Virus record (IMG/VR): IMGVR_UViG_3300042197_004429
Coordinates: 113,313 to 177,312 of that record
Length of the DNA stretch: 64,000 nucleotides
Direction: 5' to 3' (one strand)
From: a virus
Shown: positions 39,919 to 52,353 of the stretch, piece after piece
How the letters are laid out: every line of letters begins with the position of its first letter
Position numbering within the stretch: the stretch's first letter is position 1
Notes under the pieces: generated by a model
Database searches by the model: none
Seen by the model: the letters and a program-made list of their open reading frames with translations, nothing else
Told to the model about the DNA's origin: nothing
Translations under genes and position numbers: made by a program

Positions 39919-40569
39919 GCTCTCAGTGTTCGATTCCTTTTTTGAAAGAAATTAAGATGGACGAAAAAATGGTTGGCAAGGTTTGCTTTTACCTTGGCTT
40001 TGTTTCGATTGCAGCAAGCATTGCAATCTGGTTTTTGAGCAAAGATCCCGACGCTGCTCATGGCGAACGATTTGGTATTTTTGTTGGGCTTTGGGCTCCT
40101 ACATTTTTTGCCTTGGCAAATAGATGGAAGTGAGATAGAATAAGTTTGATAAAATCAATTCACAACACCTTTTTTAGTTTAAATTAGAAAGTACAAAATG
40201 ATGAGTCGATATTTTTTTATTGTTGGAGCGTTCCTAAGTTTTCTTCTTAGTGTGGGAATTTGGTTCCTTTCCGGAAACGAAAGCCAAGCAATTTTTGTAG
40301 GAATATGGGTGCCAAGTATTCTTTGTTTGGGAAGGTATTTCGACAATGCCTAACCCTGTGTTATTTGTTTGTGGCTTGATCGTAACTCTTGTAAGCGGAA
40401 TGGGAGTTTTGATTTACATAACAAGTCTAGGATACAAAGAAAAAAAGAAATATCCGGTTGAACCGGACATTGATTTGGGGGCACACGATATTGATGCTAA
40501 AAAATTGAAATCATCCCTAGACAGTTTCATTGAAATACCATCAGTATCCTAAGAAGAAGTGAGAAAATT

Positions 40570-40833
40570 CCGAAGGTAGCAAAACGGTTAATGCAACAGA
40601 CTCATTTGAAAAAGTGCCATACGAGTGGAAACTTCGTATGGGATGGCATCAAATTCGGTGAAACCTAAATGCGAAAGCACATGGCAATGCCGAGCGAAGC
40701 CCGCAAGGGAACGTGTAGAGACTTGACGGTGCCCACCTAAGTTGAAAAATAAGGTGAAGGCAAAGTCCAAGGAGTGATGAAAATCACACAAACTTGAATC
40801 TGTAGACTGTGGGTTCGAATCCCACCCTTCGGA
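40570..40833 (+). tRNA. tRNA with CAU anticodon (probably Ile2), interrupted by a group I intron; exons 40570-40605 and 40797-40833
   Basis: Acceptor CCGAAGG/CCTTCGG with discriminator A. Spliced anticodon arm ACAGA-CTCATAA-TCTGT. T-arm GTGGG-TTCGAAT-CCCAC. The C1-G72 pair argues against an initiator tRNA. No CCA is encoded. Confidence 0.85.
40606..40796 (+). ncRNA. Group I intron (IC3, Azoarcus tRNA-Ile-like), 191 nt, no ORF
   Basis: Inserted after U36 and ends in G. P1 is CAU|UU-GAAA-AAGUG. Conserved core AAATTCGGTGAAACC, AATGCCGAGCGAAG, TGTAGAGACTTGACGG and AAGGCAAAGTCC. P9 is GTGAT-GAAA-ATCAC. Confidence 0.9.
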
Positions 40834-41124
40834 CTTGTGTTTGATAAAGCATAAAAACTTTTTTAGTTCCTAAATTTTTGACACTAACTAAAGGATTGGT
40901 AAAAAATATTTAGCAAGCACTACTTTATCATCATTTATTCCCCTGGTTTTGTTTTGGGTGTTGGTCTTGTCGCAATTTTTGTGTCCAGCACTCTGTGCTA
41001 AAGGAGGTGCTTTGATGGATAATTTTTTGTTGTTTATATGCGGAACGGTGATATCATTAATTTCAGGGATGGGTGTGTTAGTTTATATGGTTTTTTTGGG
41101 CTATAAAGACAAGGATTAAATTAT

Positions 41125-42576
41125 ATGGCAAAATTTAAGGTTGAAATTTGTCGAATTGGTTATGGATTCAATGAAATAACAGTGGATGCTGCTAATCTTG
41201 AAGAAGCCAAATATAAGGCTTTAGAACAGGCTGGCGATTTGAGTTTTAGCGAAAAAAGTAGTGAATATGAAGTGAACTTTGCTGTTCAGTTAGAAAGAAC
41301 CCCCAGTAAAGGAAGATAAGATGTTCGATCAAAAAATTGGTTTTGAAGGTGAGTACGCAGTTATTCCTCAAAAAATGCAAGATAGTATTCTTGCTTATGT
41401 TTTTGATCATGTTCCAGTCGGTTCGTTTTTAGAAGCAGTAATATGTAATGATTTGCGTGGTGCGGTTGGTCGTGCCGACGCTGAGAATTTGCCTTTGCTT
41501 AAATTGTATGTGCAATGGTTTTTTAATGTTTGCCCACAACTTTGTGTGGGTGCAGAGAACTATAAGATTCACTTGAAAAACAAGAAAGAAACGGTTCTTA
41601 AAGTTGTTTGAATTTGATGAAGATTATAGTTGGGAAGATAGCATAAGACATTTTTTTGTTTGGTATTATCAACAAAATGAGCAATCAAATGGTGTTTGAG
41701 AGCGTAGACAAAGCAATTGAATATAGTTTTACAATACCTTGGAAGATTGATGTTTGCCATGTTGGGGAAGAGTGTTGGTGTCGATTGATCTTGCCAATTG
41801 AGCCGATCAAATACACCCACACCTACTCAACAGGAGAAAAAACTGAAGTTGATTATGAATCTATCATTCCAGACGGTAGTGTAGACAAAGACACAGCAGA
41901 ATATATTGTAAAAATTCACAATGAGAGAATAGAAAAAAATGTTTCAGATAATTAGTGTTGCTTTGACAATCGTGTGCTGCTTCGCAACTGGTTGTTATGT
42001 TGGTGAGTGTATTAAAAATTACTAATGATTAAAGTGTGGTCCATACCACAATAAAAATGTGACCCAAACCGCCAAAAGAACGTATATCCAAAAATTTGGA
42101 GGCGACCTTAGCATATATTATAATATGAAAGTCTCTAACAATTTTCTAACAATTTTCTAACTAAATCTTAATAATTAACATGAATAATCAAGAATGTGTG
42201 GACCCACAAGCCACTATTGAAACTTGTTTTGCCTGCGGAGAAAAAGTACACACTTGCGAAAGAGTAGTTGCTGTTAATGGTGACTATAGATGTCCTGTTC
42301 ACCCAAATGGTTTAGAAAGCAACGATGGTTTGTGGTTTTGCAGCGTGGATTGCTATGATAACCACTTTAACAAAAACATTAAAATGAATGACAAAAATCA
42401 GGACTATTGAACTTGAATACGATTTAATCGAAATTCACCATAACAAAAATTTGAAGAAGAAACCGTACCTCGTTAGGATTTACAATTACAACGACCCTGA
42501 TCCCAATGAACTTCGATTAGAAGAAGAAGATTTAAAAAATCTGTACGTTATTCTTAAAGATCACAACCTTTTGTGA
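41125..42576 (+). other. Small hypothetical genes: 41125-41319, 41321-41611, ~41686-41955, 42180-42410, 42388-42576
   Basis: Co-oriented short ORFs. 42180 is Cys-rich (CxxC, C..H, CSVDC). Confidence 0.55.
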
Positions 42577-42643
42577 GTTATAGGTGTTGGCGATAAACAA
42601 CAATCGTGTTATACTAACTAGGTGGCACAAAGGACTGCCCACC

Positions 42644-43051
42644 ATGAATCTTGATAGAATTATAGAAATTACTTTCGCTTTGTCTGGTAAAAGAGACACA
42701 ACGCAGCGTTGTCGTCATTTTTCTTTTATATGCGACCGAAACAGGATACTATCTATAGGCATGAATAGTCCTAAGACGCATCCTTTTAATCTAAAATATA
42801 ATTACATAAACAAACAAAAACACAACATTAGAAACATTGTTGGAACTCACTCCGAATTAAGTGCGGTTTTAAAACTCGGTTCTGATGAGTGTCGTGGTCT
42901 TACAATAATCAACACAAGAGTAAATCGCAAAAACGAAATAGATTTTAGTCATCCTTGCATCGGCTGCATGGATATGATAAACAAGATAGGCTTTAAGAGA
43001 TTGGGCTATACTACAAGGGATAAAAAGTTTGAATTTGTAAACTTGATTTGA
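42644..43051 (+). CDS. Zinc-dependent cytidine/deoxycytidylate deaminase-like protein
   Basis: RHFS..ILSIGMN..KTHP, HSE and HPCIGC (HxE..PCxxC). ATG lies 22 nt after motif copy 42610. Confidence 0.75.
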   Translation: MNLDRIIEITFALSGKRDTTQRCRHFSFICDRNRILSIGMNSPKTHPFNLKYNYINKQKHNIRNIVGTHSELSAVLKLGSDECRGLTIINTRVNRKNEIDFSHPCIGCMDMINKIGFKRLGYTTRDKKFEFVNLI

Positions 43052-43142
43052 ACGGAGTCTAATGTGAGAAGTTTATATTGTTTTTTGGTGTTCTTTTTTC
43101 AAGGTGGTTCTCATTTTCCTTTCAAGAAAGGTTTAAAAAACA

Positions 43143-46100
43143 ATGAATGATTCAATTCAAAGATTGGTGGATTACGCAGTTGAAAAAAACTTGAGCGTAA
43201 AAAAAATCCGTGAGCGATGCCATAATGCCCTCAACCCTGTGCGAAGTTTTTGCAAAGACATTGAACAACTCAGGTCTGGAAGACCCCCAACAGACATTCC
43301 GTTGCTTGAATTAATATCTTATTCTAATTTGGGAGACGCTGTTTCTTTTGTTGAATTTGATAGTGATGCTGAGTCGGATGCTGGTGTTTTTCGATTTGTT
43401 TCTATTTTTGATCAAAATGATGTTAAAATCCGTCTTGAAAGATACGATGTTGAAGACCAAAAATTCCATCCAGATAACAAATACATTGCACCATCTGATG
43501 CTGTTGTGATGGTTATGGATTGGGCTTTGGCAAATAACGTGGTGTTGCCATAATGAACAATAAAGTTAGAAACCCACAACAATTGATGGTGTTGATGAGA
43601 CAATATTGTGAAAAAAATGATATTATTTCTTTTGTTGATCAATTGAGTTTTGAAGAAATAACTTTATGCACTATGGTTTCTGAGTTGTTGTTGAGCGATC
43701 CTTATCTTTCTCATTTGGAAAGAACTGAACGAGAGTGTCAATTTGATTTTTTCAACAATTTGAGAAAAAGCAGACTGGAAGCAAATTAGATTTTTTAAGG
43801 ATTGTTTATGAGCGACCGTATAACCCGTGACGAAGTTGAATATGTTGAAATGCTGTGTGTTCAAACAAACACACCAGTTCCGCAAGATTTAAAAAGTTAT
43901 ACCGTAAAACAGTTGTTTGATTTCATGAATGAACTGAGAAAACGAACAGCAAACGACAATCGAACCAATGTGGCACTTGATAATCGCTTGCCGAATGCTG
44001 CTAACATTAATTTTGATGGTGCTGGTGAATAATGAGAACTGTGGCAAAAACGCCCTCTGGTTGGTACGAACGCAATTGTGCGAAGTTAACCGAGAATGAG
44101 CAATACCAACTAATGCACGGCACAGAGGAAGAGTGTGCAGAGGTTTGGAGTCGATTCAAAAACGATTCGATCACCAAATTGTGCGAAACGGCTGAATTGG
44201 ATAATATTTTTGAAAATTTCAACCTAAAAGGTGAATTGGTGATTGCCAATTTGATGTTGCACAGCAAACGTGCCACAGTTACAATGAAACACAACGGTAA
44301 CTTCTACAGAACTGAACACACATGGTAAAGTTAAATGAACAAGACGTTACTGATTTGCTAGAGGTTGTAAAAGAACAAGATGCCGTTATTTTAGCATTAT
44401 TGGAATCGTCAAATGAACAAACACGACCAATGGTGGAAGAACTACAAGACATTAACAAAGTGATTGTAGAACTTCTTACACAACCCGTTCACAAGATTGA
44501 GAGGATGTTTTGATGAAACACAAATTTGACTGCGACGTTGATGGCGGCATTTTGGTGATGAGTGCATTACGATATGCGTTAAATAGACACACCTATGTGC
44601 CTGCTAGTGTTCAAGATTGGATACGCAAATATTGGAATGACCTCGACAGAAATACTAAAGCCCACGTTGTGTGGGATACTTTTGAACACCTATACACTGT
44701 GCGAGTTGTTTTTAATCAAACCGAACATCAGTGTGATTACGATAGTTGGAAGCGATTTGGTATCGAAATGTATCATCAACTAGATTACGACAACAGGAAG
44801 TGGGTCGATGACAAATGCCGTGATGATTGGTACAAAGACAACATCGACGTTTGGCAAAAGCAGACGGTTTAGAAATCACCAGACTGAAACGCTGATGCGA
44901 TACCTACTAGCGTGCAAGCGGTCACTCGCTGTGTTTAAATCAGAACGGATTGCTGAAATAGAGTTAGAACTTAAACACGAACTAGAAACAAGACACAATG
45001 CGGCTGTTTGCGATATTCAAGAATGACGAGTTTCTTGGAACCGTGAAGAACTTCAATGGTTCTAGTCTTAAGCGTTGGGCTAGCGAATTTTATAAAGTTA
45101 ATTTGAGTGATGTGCTTGTGTACGAGTTAGTGGAAGTAAAGGACTAATTATGAATTGTGAGAAAGAGTTAAATCTGACTGATCTAAAGCACGAAGATCAA
45201 CACTTAACTAGAACTTTCCGTGCTTGGTTGGATAAAGTTCGTGCAGGTGTTGAGGAAGAGTTAGACGAACACAACAAAATTGTTGTGCGTTGGCACGAAT
45301 GTAACTTTATGGGTCTTTGCAGTATTGATTTTTGCTACGGCAGCGTTGATGCAAAACACAGCGATTTGATTCGTACAATTTTGAATCGTTGGGACAATAT
45401 TGTTGGTGATGCAATACGATACAGTGATAATTTAGCACTTCGTTTAGGTGTTGATAAAACTTTGGTGTGGCGTAGTTTTTTCGACGATGAAACAAACGAT
45501 GAGTGACGAATGGTTAATTGAAAATGGTATCGAACCAGCAGACGTTACCGACAATCTGCGGAATTTATTAAGTTTGTGTGACGATACCAAATACGCTGAT
45601 ATGCTTCGTGTTTTAATAATTATGGAGGAAGAGTGGACACACAAGAATTGATTCGACAAGCCTATGCTTTAGGTTTTGAACGTGGTCGATTTGAAGCGGT
45701 TTGCGAGTATTGTAACACAGAAGGTTTGGGCGAAGAGTTTTTGAGTCTTGTTGGTAAAACTATTGAAAAAGACCACTGTGATTTTGAGATATTGAGTGGT
45801 TGTAAGTTAGGTGAACAATAATGAACACTGTAATTTATGTTGTCAAAATCTTAAATAATCGCACTGAGAGTTTTGATATTATTGGCGGTGTGTTTGATTG
45901 TTTGGAAAAAGTAAATCAGTTTATTGAAAGCAATAATCTTGATAGAGTTTCTGAAGTTAATAAAGTTATTTTAAACCATCATCATGTAGTGACAGTTGGA
46001 AATGCTGAATCTTGATTCTGCTGTTGTTCGTGGATTAAGCGAGTTGCGAAATCGTGACTTTCAAATAATTGAAGTTTCAGAGCAAGAGTTTATTCAATCT

Positions 46101-49100
46101 ATGAAATGTCTAGGAAAGAATGAATCTAAGATTTGCATTCATTTAATTGCTTTAAAAAACAACACTCAAATGATTGTGAACGATGGGTTTCGAATTGTTT
46201 TAAAAAATACCAACTAGGAACATCATGGAAAAGCAAAAGTTTTACGAACTTGGCGAGAAGATTGCTAAACTCATGGAAAGTTACAAACTGAACGTGTACG
46301 ATCTTGAGTTTATTAACGAACTGATTGAAAAGACAATCGAACGCAACGAAAAAGAGTGTAGTTATTAACAATCAAGGAGGTCATTGACATGAAACCTATT
46401 CAAATCTCCAAAGAAGAATTAGTTGCCGCTACGAGATGCGCCGAATACATCTATGATAGTGAATGGTTGCAAGAGGGATACCAAGATTTTATTGAAAATG
46501 GCAACGATCCACGTGATCATATCATTTATCAAGCAGCAGTATTTTTGGGTAAAGAAGAACCGCTTCAAGTTGATATAAACGAATATCTAAAAGAACACGT
46601 TGGCAATTAAATTTAGAGGAAAATAATGACAACAAAACAAATCGCCCAGTTACTTAATGCTATCAAAGAAGAAGATGTGATGGATTTTGGCGAAAACTAT
46701 GAAGGTCAAAATGTTTTCGCTGTGCGTGTTGCTGACGGTGTTGCCTGTGTGACGCTGAACAGTTTTGAAGATGGTGATTTGGAATGGGAGTGAAAAAAAT
46801 TAAAATTAGATTCAATTCCCAACAGCAGCAGCACCAGTATGAGCAATTGATTCAACAAGGTGTTCATTGGAAAACAGCCGAGCAAAAAGTAAAGAAAATT
46901 TGGCAAGAACATGGATATGACAAATGAAAGTTTATCTTCTAGTTCACCGTGAGGCAACTGATGGTGATATTATGCGTGAATGGTTTGTTAATCGCACGCT
47001 TGCGAACGAACGAAAAAACCAGTTGTTGAAGATTTACGACAATATGACAGAGAATGAACGAGAAAGTTTACGATATGGTTTGAGTGAAATTGAAGCAGTA
47101 ACAGTTCCAAACACAAAAAAAGAATTGGTTCGTTGGCTCAATAACAATGCTTCAACTTGTGGTTGGTGATATGATTATACCTTTAAAAGATTGTAAAGAC
47201 AGGCATCTTTACAAGGTTGTTGCTCGTAATTTTAGACTTGGGGTTTTTGATCTCAAGAACAAGGATTTTATAGGCATAAGACACAAGTGTGGTGATATAT
47301 TTTTAGATAGAGAAAATCACTCAGAGAGTTGCGTGAGAGTGTTAGAAGAACTGGAAAAAATTCCAGATCATATTGAGTTGAAAACAGGACATTTTTCTGA
47401 AACTGAAAAAAATGTTTGGAATGACCCTTTGTGGATAGACAACATTGATCTTTTTACTTACTTAGATCAAAAAGTTGCGACCACGGGTTTAAGTTGGCAA
47501 CTACGCAATTTTTAAACATTAATTTAGAAAGTTGTGAATATGACACAAAACTGGTTGGAACTACTAGGCGATATACAAGAAAATGAAACGGTGGATGGTC
47601 CTCATGTTGTGAGAGAAGTTGCACTTCACCAATTCAAAATACTGTGTTCATTTGAAAATGAACAACAAGCCAAAATGTGTTTGAAACAGTGGCGTGAACA
47701 ATACGATGACTATTTTAGTAACCCCGAAAATTATAAAAGCAATACCAACCAGGAGGAAGCCAACATGACGCTCGGACAATTTATAGACAACCTACATCTT
47801 GTTGCTAATGAAGTGCCATCCGATACTCGTATTGTGTCAATTAATAGAATGGGTCGAGAAGGTAAAGATAAACTTGATGATTTCATTGAAATAAAGTTTG
47901 TTGACGGACAAAGTGTAGAAATTGATGATTACGCTGTCATTTTTAAAAAGTGGAAACAACCATGACAAACAAAACAAATATAATTCATAGCAAAATTCAG
48001 ACGGTGTGTAACTATTTGACTACACGATATGCCAGCAAGAAGCATGGTGGATACAACATTTATGAAGATGATAAAATTGTTGCATCGACTGATACTTATG
48101 TGCCAAATGTAAATTTGAGCGTCAAGGTTAACGATGAAACTGAACACGTATTCGGTTGCAGTTATGACGGTTCTTGCGCCACCTACTACACTGGTCTATG
48201 GGAAGATTACCTAGACAAACTTTATCTCAAGGCTACCGAAACACGATACCAACTAGAGCAACACAACCAGCAACAAAGAAACCGCAAACAAGCCGCCAGC
48301 GATCTGGCAAATAGTGTGTTTAGTGGAATTAACTAAAATATATTAACCTCTAATTGAAAGAAAAATATGATCAAGCCTGCAAGTGAAGTGCGAAATGAAA
48401 TGATGCAAACTGATACTTACAAGACTGCCGTTGAAGAACAAGTGAGTTGGGTTGTTAAATCAATTGAAAGTGCAAAGTCTCTTGGACGCACACACACTTG
48501 TTTTAGTGTTAGACCTTCTTATCAACAAGAAATTAAGCGAATGTTCTTGAATCAAGGATATTCGTTCAAGCCGACCGGATATTGCGGCGGCGTTTGGCAA
48601 CTCAGTGAGGATATTTGTTGGTGATACCAACTAGGATACAAGGTGTAACATGAAAAAAAATATTGCACAACGATGGATTAAAGCACTTAAAAGTGGAAAG
48701 TATAAGCAAGGTCGTGATCGTTTAAAAAAGATTCAAAAAGACACCGAGAGACATTGTTGTTTGGGTGTTTTGTGTGAACTTTATAATAAAGATCAAAAAT
48801 CGAAAAACAAAAAGCCCATTAGACAACGTGTTGTTTTAGATTTCTCCAATAGGTTTAGTTATGTTCAATTTGGATCATGCTCTGAAAGTACGCCTCCTAC
48901 GGTTAAAAAATGGTCTGGACTAACATCAGACGATGATATTTATTTTGCGGATTTGAATGATCGAGGTTGTTCATTTAAAACTATAGCGTCTATTATTGAA
49001 GATAAAACATACCTCCTCTGAGCAAGTAAAAGGAACAAAACAATGTCAACTGCTATGCTAGAACAAAAAAAGACGGAACGAACTGCCACAATCGCAGAAG

Positions 49101-51950
49101 AAAAGATTCTGAATATGTTGTGGTGCATTGTTGATGAGCCTAAAAACTATTTGAAGGTAAAAGTTTCAAATGTTTTTGATAACGCTTATCGAATCAATGT
49201 TTGGTCAGAATATCATGATAAGTTACACAACATTACTCGTGTGAAGATTTCTCATAGTTATTTCTGTAAGTTAATCAATCAAGAACTGGTGGTGATTTCA
49301 TGAAGTGGCTTTTACCAATCGTTTTACTGTTTGTTGGTTGCGATAACAGCAACTCAGATGTGGATAAGATTATCAAGGCTAAACAAATTGTTTTGGGAAA
49401 AATTAATTTTCCTGACACAGCAGATTTCCACGAAATGAAAACTCATGTTCAAGGAAACAATGTTTCGTTGACTGTTACTGCAAAAAATGCTTTTGGTGTG
49501 CCTGCTACTCAAACATTCACGGTGCGTGTGGATTGAAATGGGATACTTAACTACATTCACGGTTTATAATGATGGCGTTGATCTTGTAAAGGAACACGCT
49601 CAAGATTTTGCCGATAAAATTTATCGTGCAGCCATTGAGCATCAGACCTGTGATCTTGCTATTGGCAATTTTTGCAATCTTGTAAGAGTGCAAAAGTGCC
49701 GCCATGCAAGCGATAATACTATCTACGTTCACATGGGAAATGGTGTGTTTGAGATGAACCCACACAGTGAAGAAACAAAAAATATGCTGGATCGCAACCC
49801 AGAGTTTTTTGAAAAGGTTGTTAAGTTTCTTGATCGTGATGTAAAAGAACTTAAAACTATGCTCAAACAAAGGAAGTCAAAATGACAACTGAAGCCAAGA
49901 TGGATTGGTTGGCTTTTTTTCTTTGGCTTATTGGTTTAAGTATCATTACTTATACCGTTGGATATTTATCTTCGTTTGCATTGCTTTTGTTGTTTGTTTC
50001 GGACAACATTCATGCTTGCCGTCGATTAGAAAAAATGGGATTCACCGACTGGTGGAAGAATCAATGAGTTTCCTTAGAGGATTCATGAGTCTTTTTAGTT
50101 GGATAGATTGTTTTCACGATCTATCTCCTAAAGAGCGTGTTGATGAAATTTTAGATGATTTTTATTATGATCATCCTCACATTGAAAGGGATGATTGGAA
50201 AGCAATTCAAAAAGATAATGAAGCAATAGCAAGAGATTTTTACGCAGGAGGATCACAAAATGAAAAATAAAACTAAAACTAAGACCAAGACTAAGGTTGC
50301 CACAAAATACTATTACATTTTTGTGTGGCATGATGTTGACCCAGAGATCAATGGTCCGTATAAAACTCCACAAAAGCGTTTCGAAGCCGTTTGCAAAAGC
50401 GTTGAAGAAAATGGCTTGGATGGTAATTCGCACTTTTGGCTTGACAACACGAATGGTAGACTAAGTATTGGAACCTATTCTGGCAGTGATTTTGATACTG
50501 ATGACTGTGATTATTAATAAGGAACAAAAATGACAACTACTGAAAAAGACTTTTCGTTTGCAGTTTCTGGCGCATTTTCGGTTGATAACAATTTGAAGCC
50601 GATTTTTGGAGTGCTTAACACAATTGTTGGTTTCACGCTTCCAGATGGTCGTGAGGCTCGATTGATTGTTGGAGTTGAGGTAGAAAATAAAATCACTGGT
50701 GATTATGATTACGTTACTAGTGAAAAGCAAATGAGCGATTTAGGTTTTGGTTGCCTTGAGTATGACAAGGCTGATTTTGAACCGATGGATGATACCAACT
50801 AGAACGTCAGAATTTCAAACAAAAATTAGGAACAAAAATGAAAACCCACAAGTGCATTGAACTTTTCATTGATGATGCGAGACAAATTCTTGTGAATTGG
50901 ATTGCCAATATGATGATTGACGATCCGGTTCATTTAAAGGAAATGATCTTGACAGAAGGCTTTAACAACTGGTACGGTCCTGTTGAAAAGTTTACAGACG
51001 AGGAACTTGCTGATCGAATTGGTGAATTGGATCTTGCTCGACACGCTGCCGAAGAACACGATGCTGATATGGTTTTTATTCGATTGAACGCTATCACAAA
51101 CTTTGTTGTTTACGAGCGTGAAGAAACAGTAGACCCGTTGAACAATTTGGTCGTTGATACAATCGTTGACATAAAACTTCAAAATCACTAAAACTATCTT
51201 TCCAAGGAGCAAAAAATGAAGCCTTTTGATATTCCCGACAAGTGCATCATCAAGTATCTTCGTGACAAAAAGCGTAATCCTCGTGGTGTGATTGTTGCTT
51301 TGAGGCGACCAGACGGAACTGTGAGTGTTCATTATTCATACTGTAACACCAAGACTGATCGCTTTAATAAGACAACTGCTTTAACAATTGCTTTCGGTCG
51401 TGCGATTGAAGATAAGCCGTATTGTGGTTTTAGTGAACTACCTCGTCAGGTTCGACATGAAATTTCCGAATTTAACGAACGTGCAACGAAATATTTTAAG
51501 GTAGACAAGCAAGAACTTTGTAGTTGGATGTGAATTGAAAAATGAATATTCAAAACTTGCTAAATCAAATTGAGAGTGAGTGGCGAACAGCGAGTGTTAA
51601 CCACCAACGTGCTGTTGATCGCAATAGCGAACTGTTCAAAGTGTTGGCTACTGTGAAGAACGATTTGGAAAAAACACTTAAAAAGCCAGAAACTCTCAAA
51701 GACACTGTGTATAGTTGCATTGATTTGTTGCGGGCTAATACTCCGTATTACAGCACAAATGAAGGTTGTAATAAAATTGATCCTCCACTCACAGATGAGC
51801 AAAAAACACTATGAACAATTATGTCGTTTGCTGGCTTGGTGCGATTGCAAAGCATTGGGAAGTTGTAAGTGGTTATGATGCGATGCAAGAACGTGTGAGT
51901 GATTTGGTTGAAAAAGGTGTAAAAGAAGATGATATTGTTGTTGGAGAAAT
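43143..51950 (+). other. Dense array of ~30 small co-oriented hypothetical genes (about 50-145 aa)
   Basis: Near-continuous abutting ORFs, e.g. 43143, 43553, 43802, 44032, 44322, 44510, 45150, 45633, 45821, 45996, 46389, 46924, 47534, 47950, 48367, 48650, 49043, 49300, 49882, 50260, 50530, 50838, 51216 and 51542. No recognisable enzyme motifs. The layout is typical of a phage early/accessory region. Confidence 0.65.
48367..48624 (+). CDS. Hypothetical protein, duplicated at 60706..60963
   Basis: Both copies start MIKPASEVRNEMMQT and end GGVWQLSEDICW. Confidence 0.8.
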   Translation: MIKPASEVRNEMMQTDTYKTAVEEQVSWVVKSIESAKSLGRTHTCFSVRPSYQQEIKRMFLNQGYSFKPTGYCGGVWQLSEDICW

Positions 51951-51978
51951 TACCAAAGATACAGAGTGATTCATTGTT

Positions 51979-52051
51979 GCGAGTGTAACTCAATTGGTAG
52001 AGTGTCAGGTTTCCATCCTGAATGTTGAGGGTTCGACTCCCTTCGCTCGCT
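51979..52051 (+). tRNA. tRNA-Gly(UCC)
   Basis: GCGAGTG/CGCTCGC acceptor with discriminator U, ACTC/GAGT D-stem, TCAGG-TTTCCAT-CCTGA anticodon arm and TTCGACT T-loop. Confidence 0.92.
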
Positions 52052-52055
52052 TTGC

Positions 52056-52127
52056 GGCCCTGTGGTGAAATAGATATCACAACTCACTTCTAATGAGTTA
52101 TTCCTCGTGCGATTCGAGGCAGGGCTA
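52056..52127 (+). tRNA. tRNA-Arg(UCU)
   Basis: GGCCCTG/CAGGGCT acceptor, GTGA/TCAC D-stem, ACTCA-CTTCTAA-TGAGT anticodon arm and CCTCG-TGCGATT-CGAGG T-arm (atypical G55). Confidence 0.85.
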
Positions 52128-52158
52128 CTTTTTCATGGGATCCGCTGGGACAATCAAA

Positions 52159-52338
52159 ATGACAAAAACAACAGAAGAAGAACTTGCTGATTTAAAAAAT
52201 CTTGTAAGTAAATTTATGGATGCTATTTACAATGTTCCTTTTAGAGCAGTTGACTGTGATCAAGACGCAGTAGAAGATTTGTGGAATCAGTTGTGTGATG
52301 CTTTGCCAAAAGACGATGTTAAAAAGAGATATCAATAA
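52159..52338 (+). CDS. Hypothetical protein
   Basis: ATG 52159 lies after the tRNA. The track start at 52093 overlaps tRNA-Arg. Confidence 0.5.
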   Translation: MTKTTEEELADLKNLVSKFMDAIYNVPFRAVDCDQDAVEDLWNQLCDALPKDDVKKRYQ

Positions 52339-52353
52339 TTAATGTGTTTTGTT

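Larger units (their letters stand above)
39957..41119 (+). other. Four small membrane proteins forming two paralog pairs: 39957-40133 / 40198-40353 and 40346-40552 / 41015-41119
   Basis: The first pair shares S..IWFLS..IFVG(L/I)W(A/V)P. The second pair shares LF(V/I)CG..(T/S)L(V/I)SGMGVL(I/V)Y...LGYK. Confidence 0.6.

Noticed and set aside
40588-40791. Minus-strand ORF inside the intron as a homing endonuclease
   Set aside because: It is 67 aa with no LAGLIDADG, HNH or GIY-YIG motif, and the sequence is fully accounted for by ribozyme helices.
40570-40833. Calling the CAU tRNA an initiator Met tRNA
   Set aside because: It has a C1-G72 pair and lacks the three consecutive G-C pairs in the anticodon stem. 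Elongator Met cannot be fully excluded, but the adjacent TilS and the intron site favour Ile2.
42134-42161. Short tandem repeat TCTAACAATTT x2.5
   Set aside because: A low-complexity AT-rich duplication with no supporting context.
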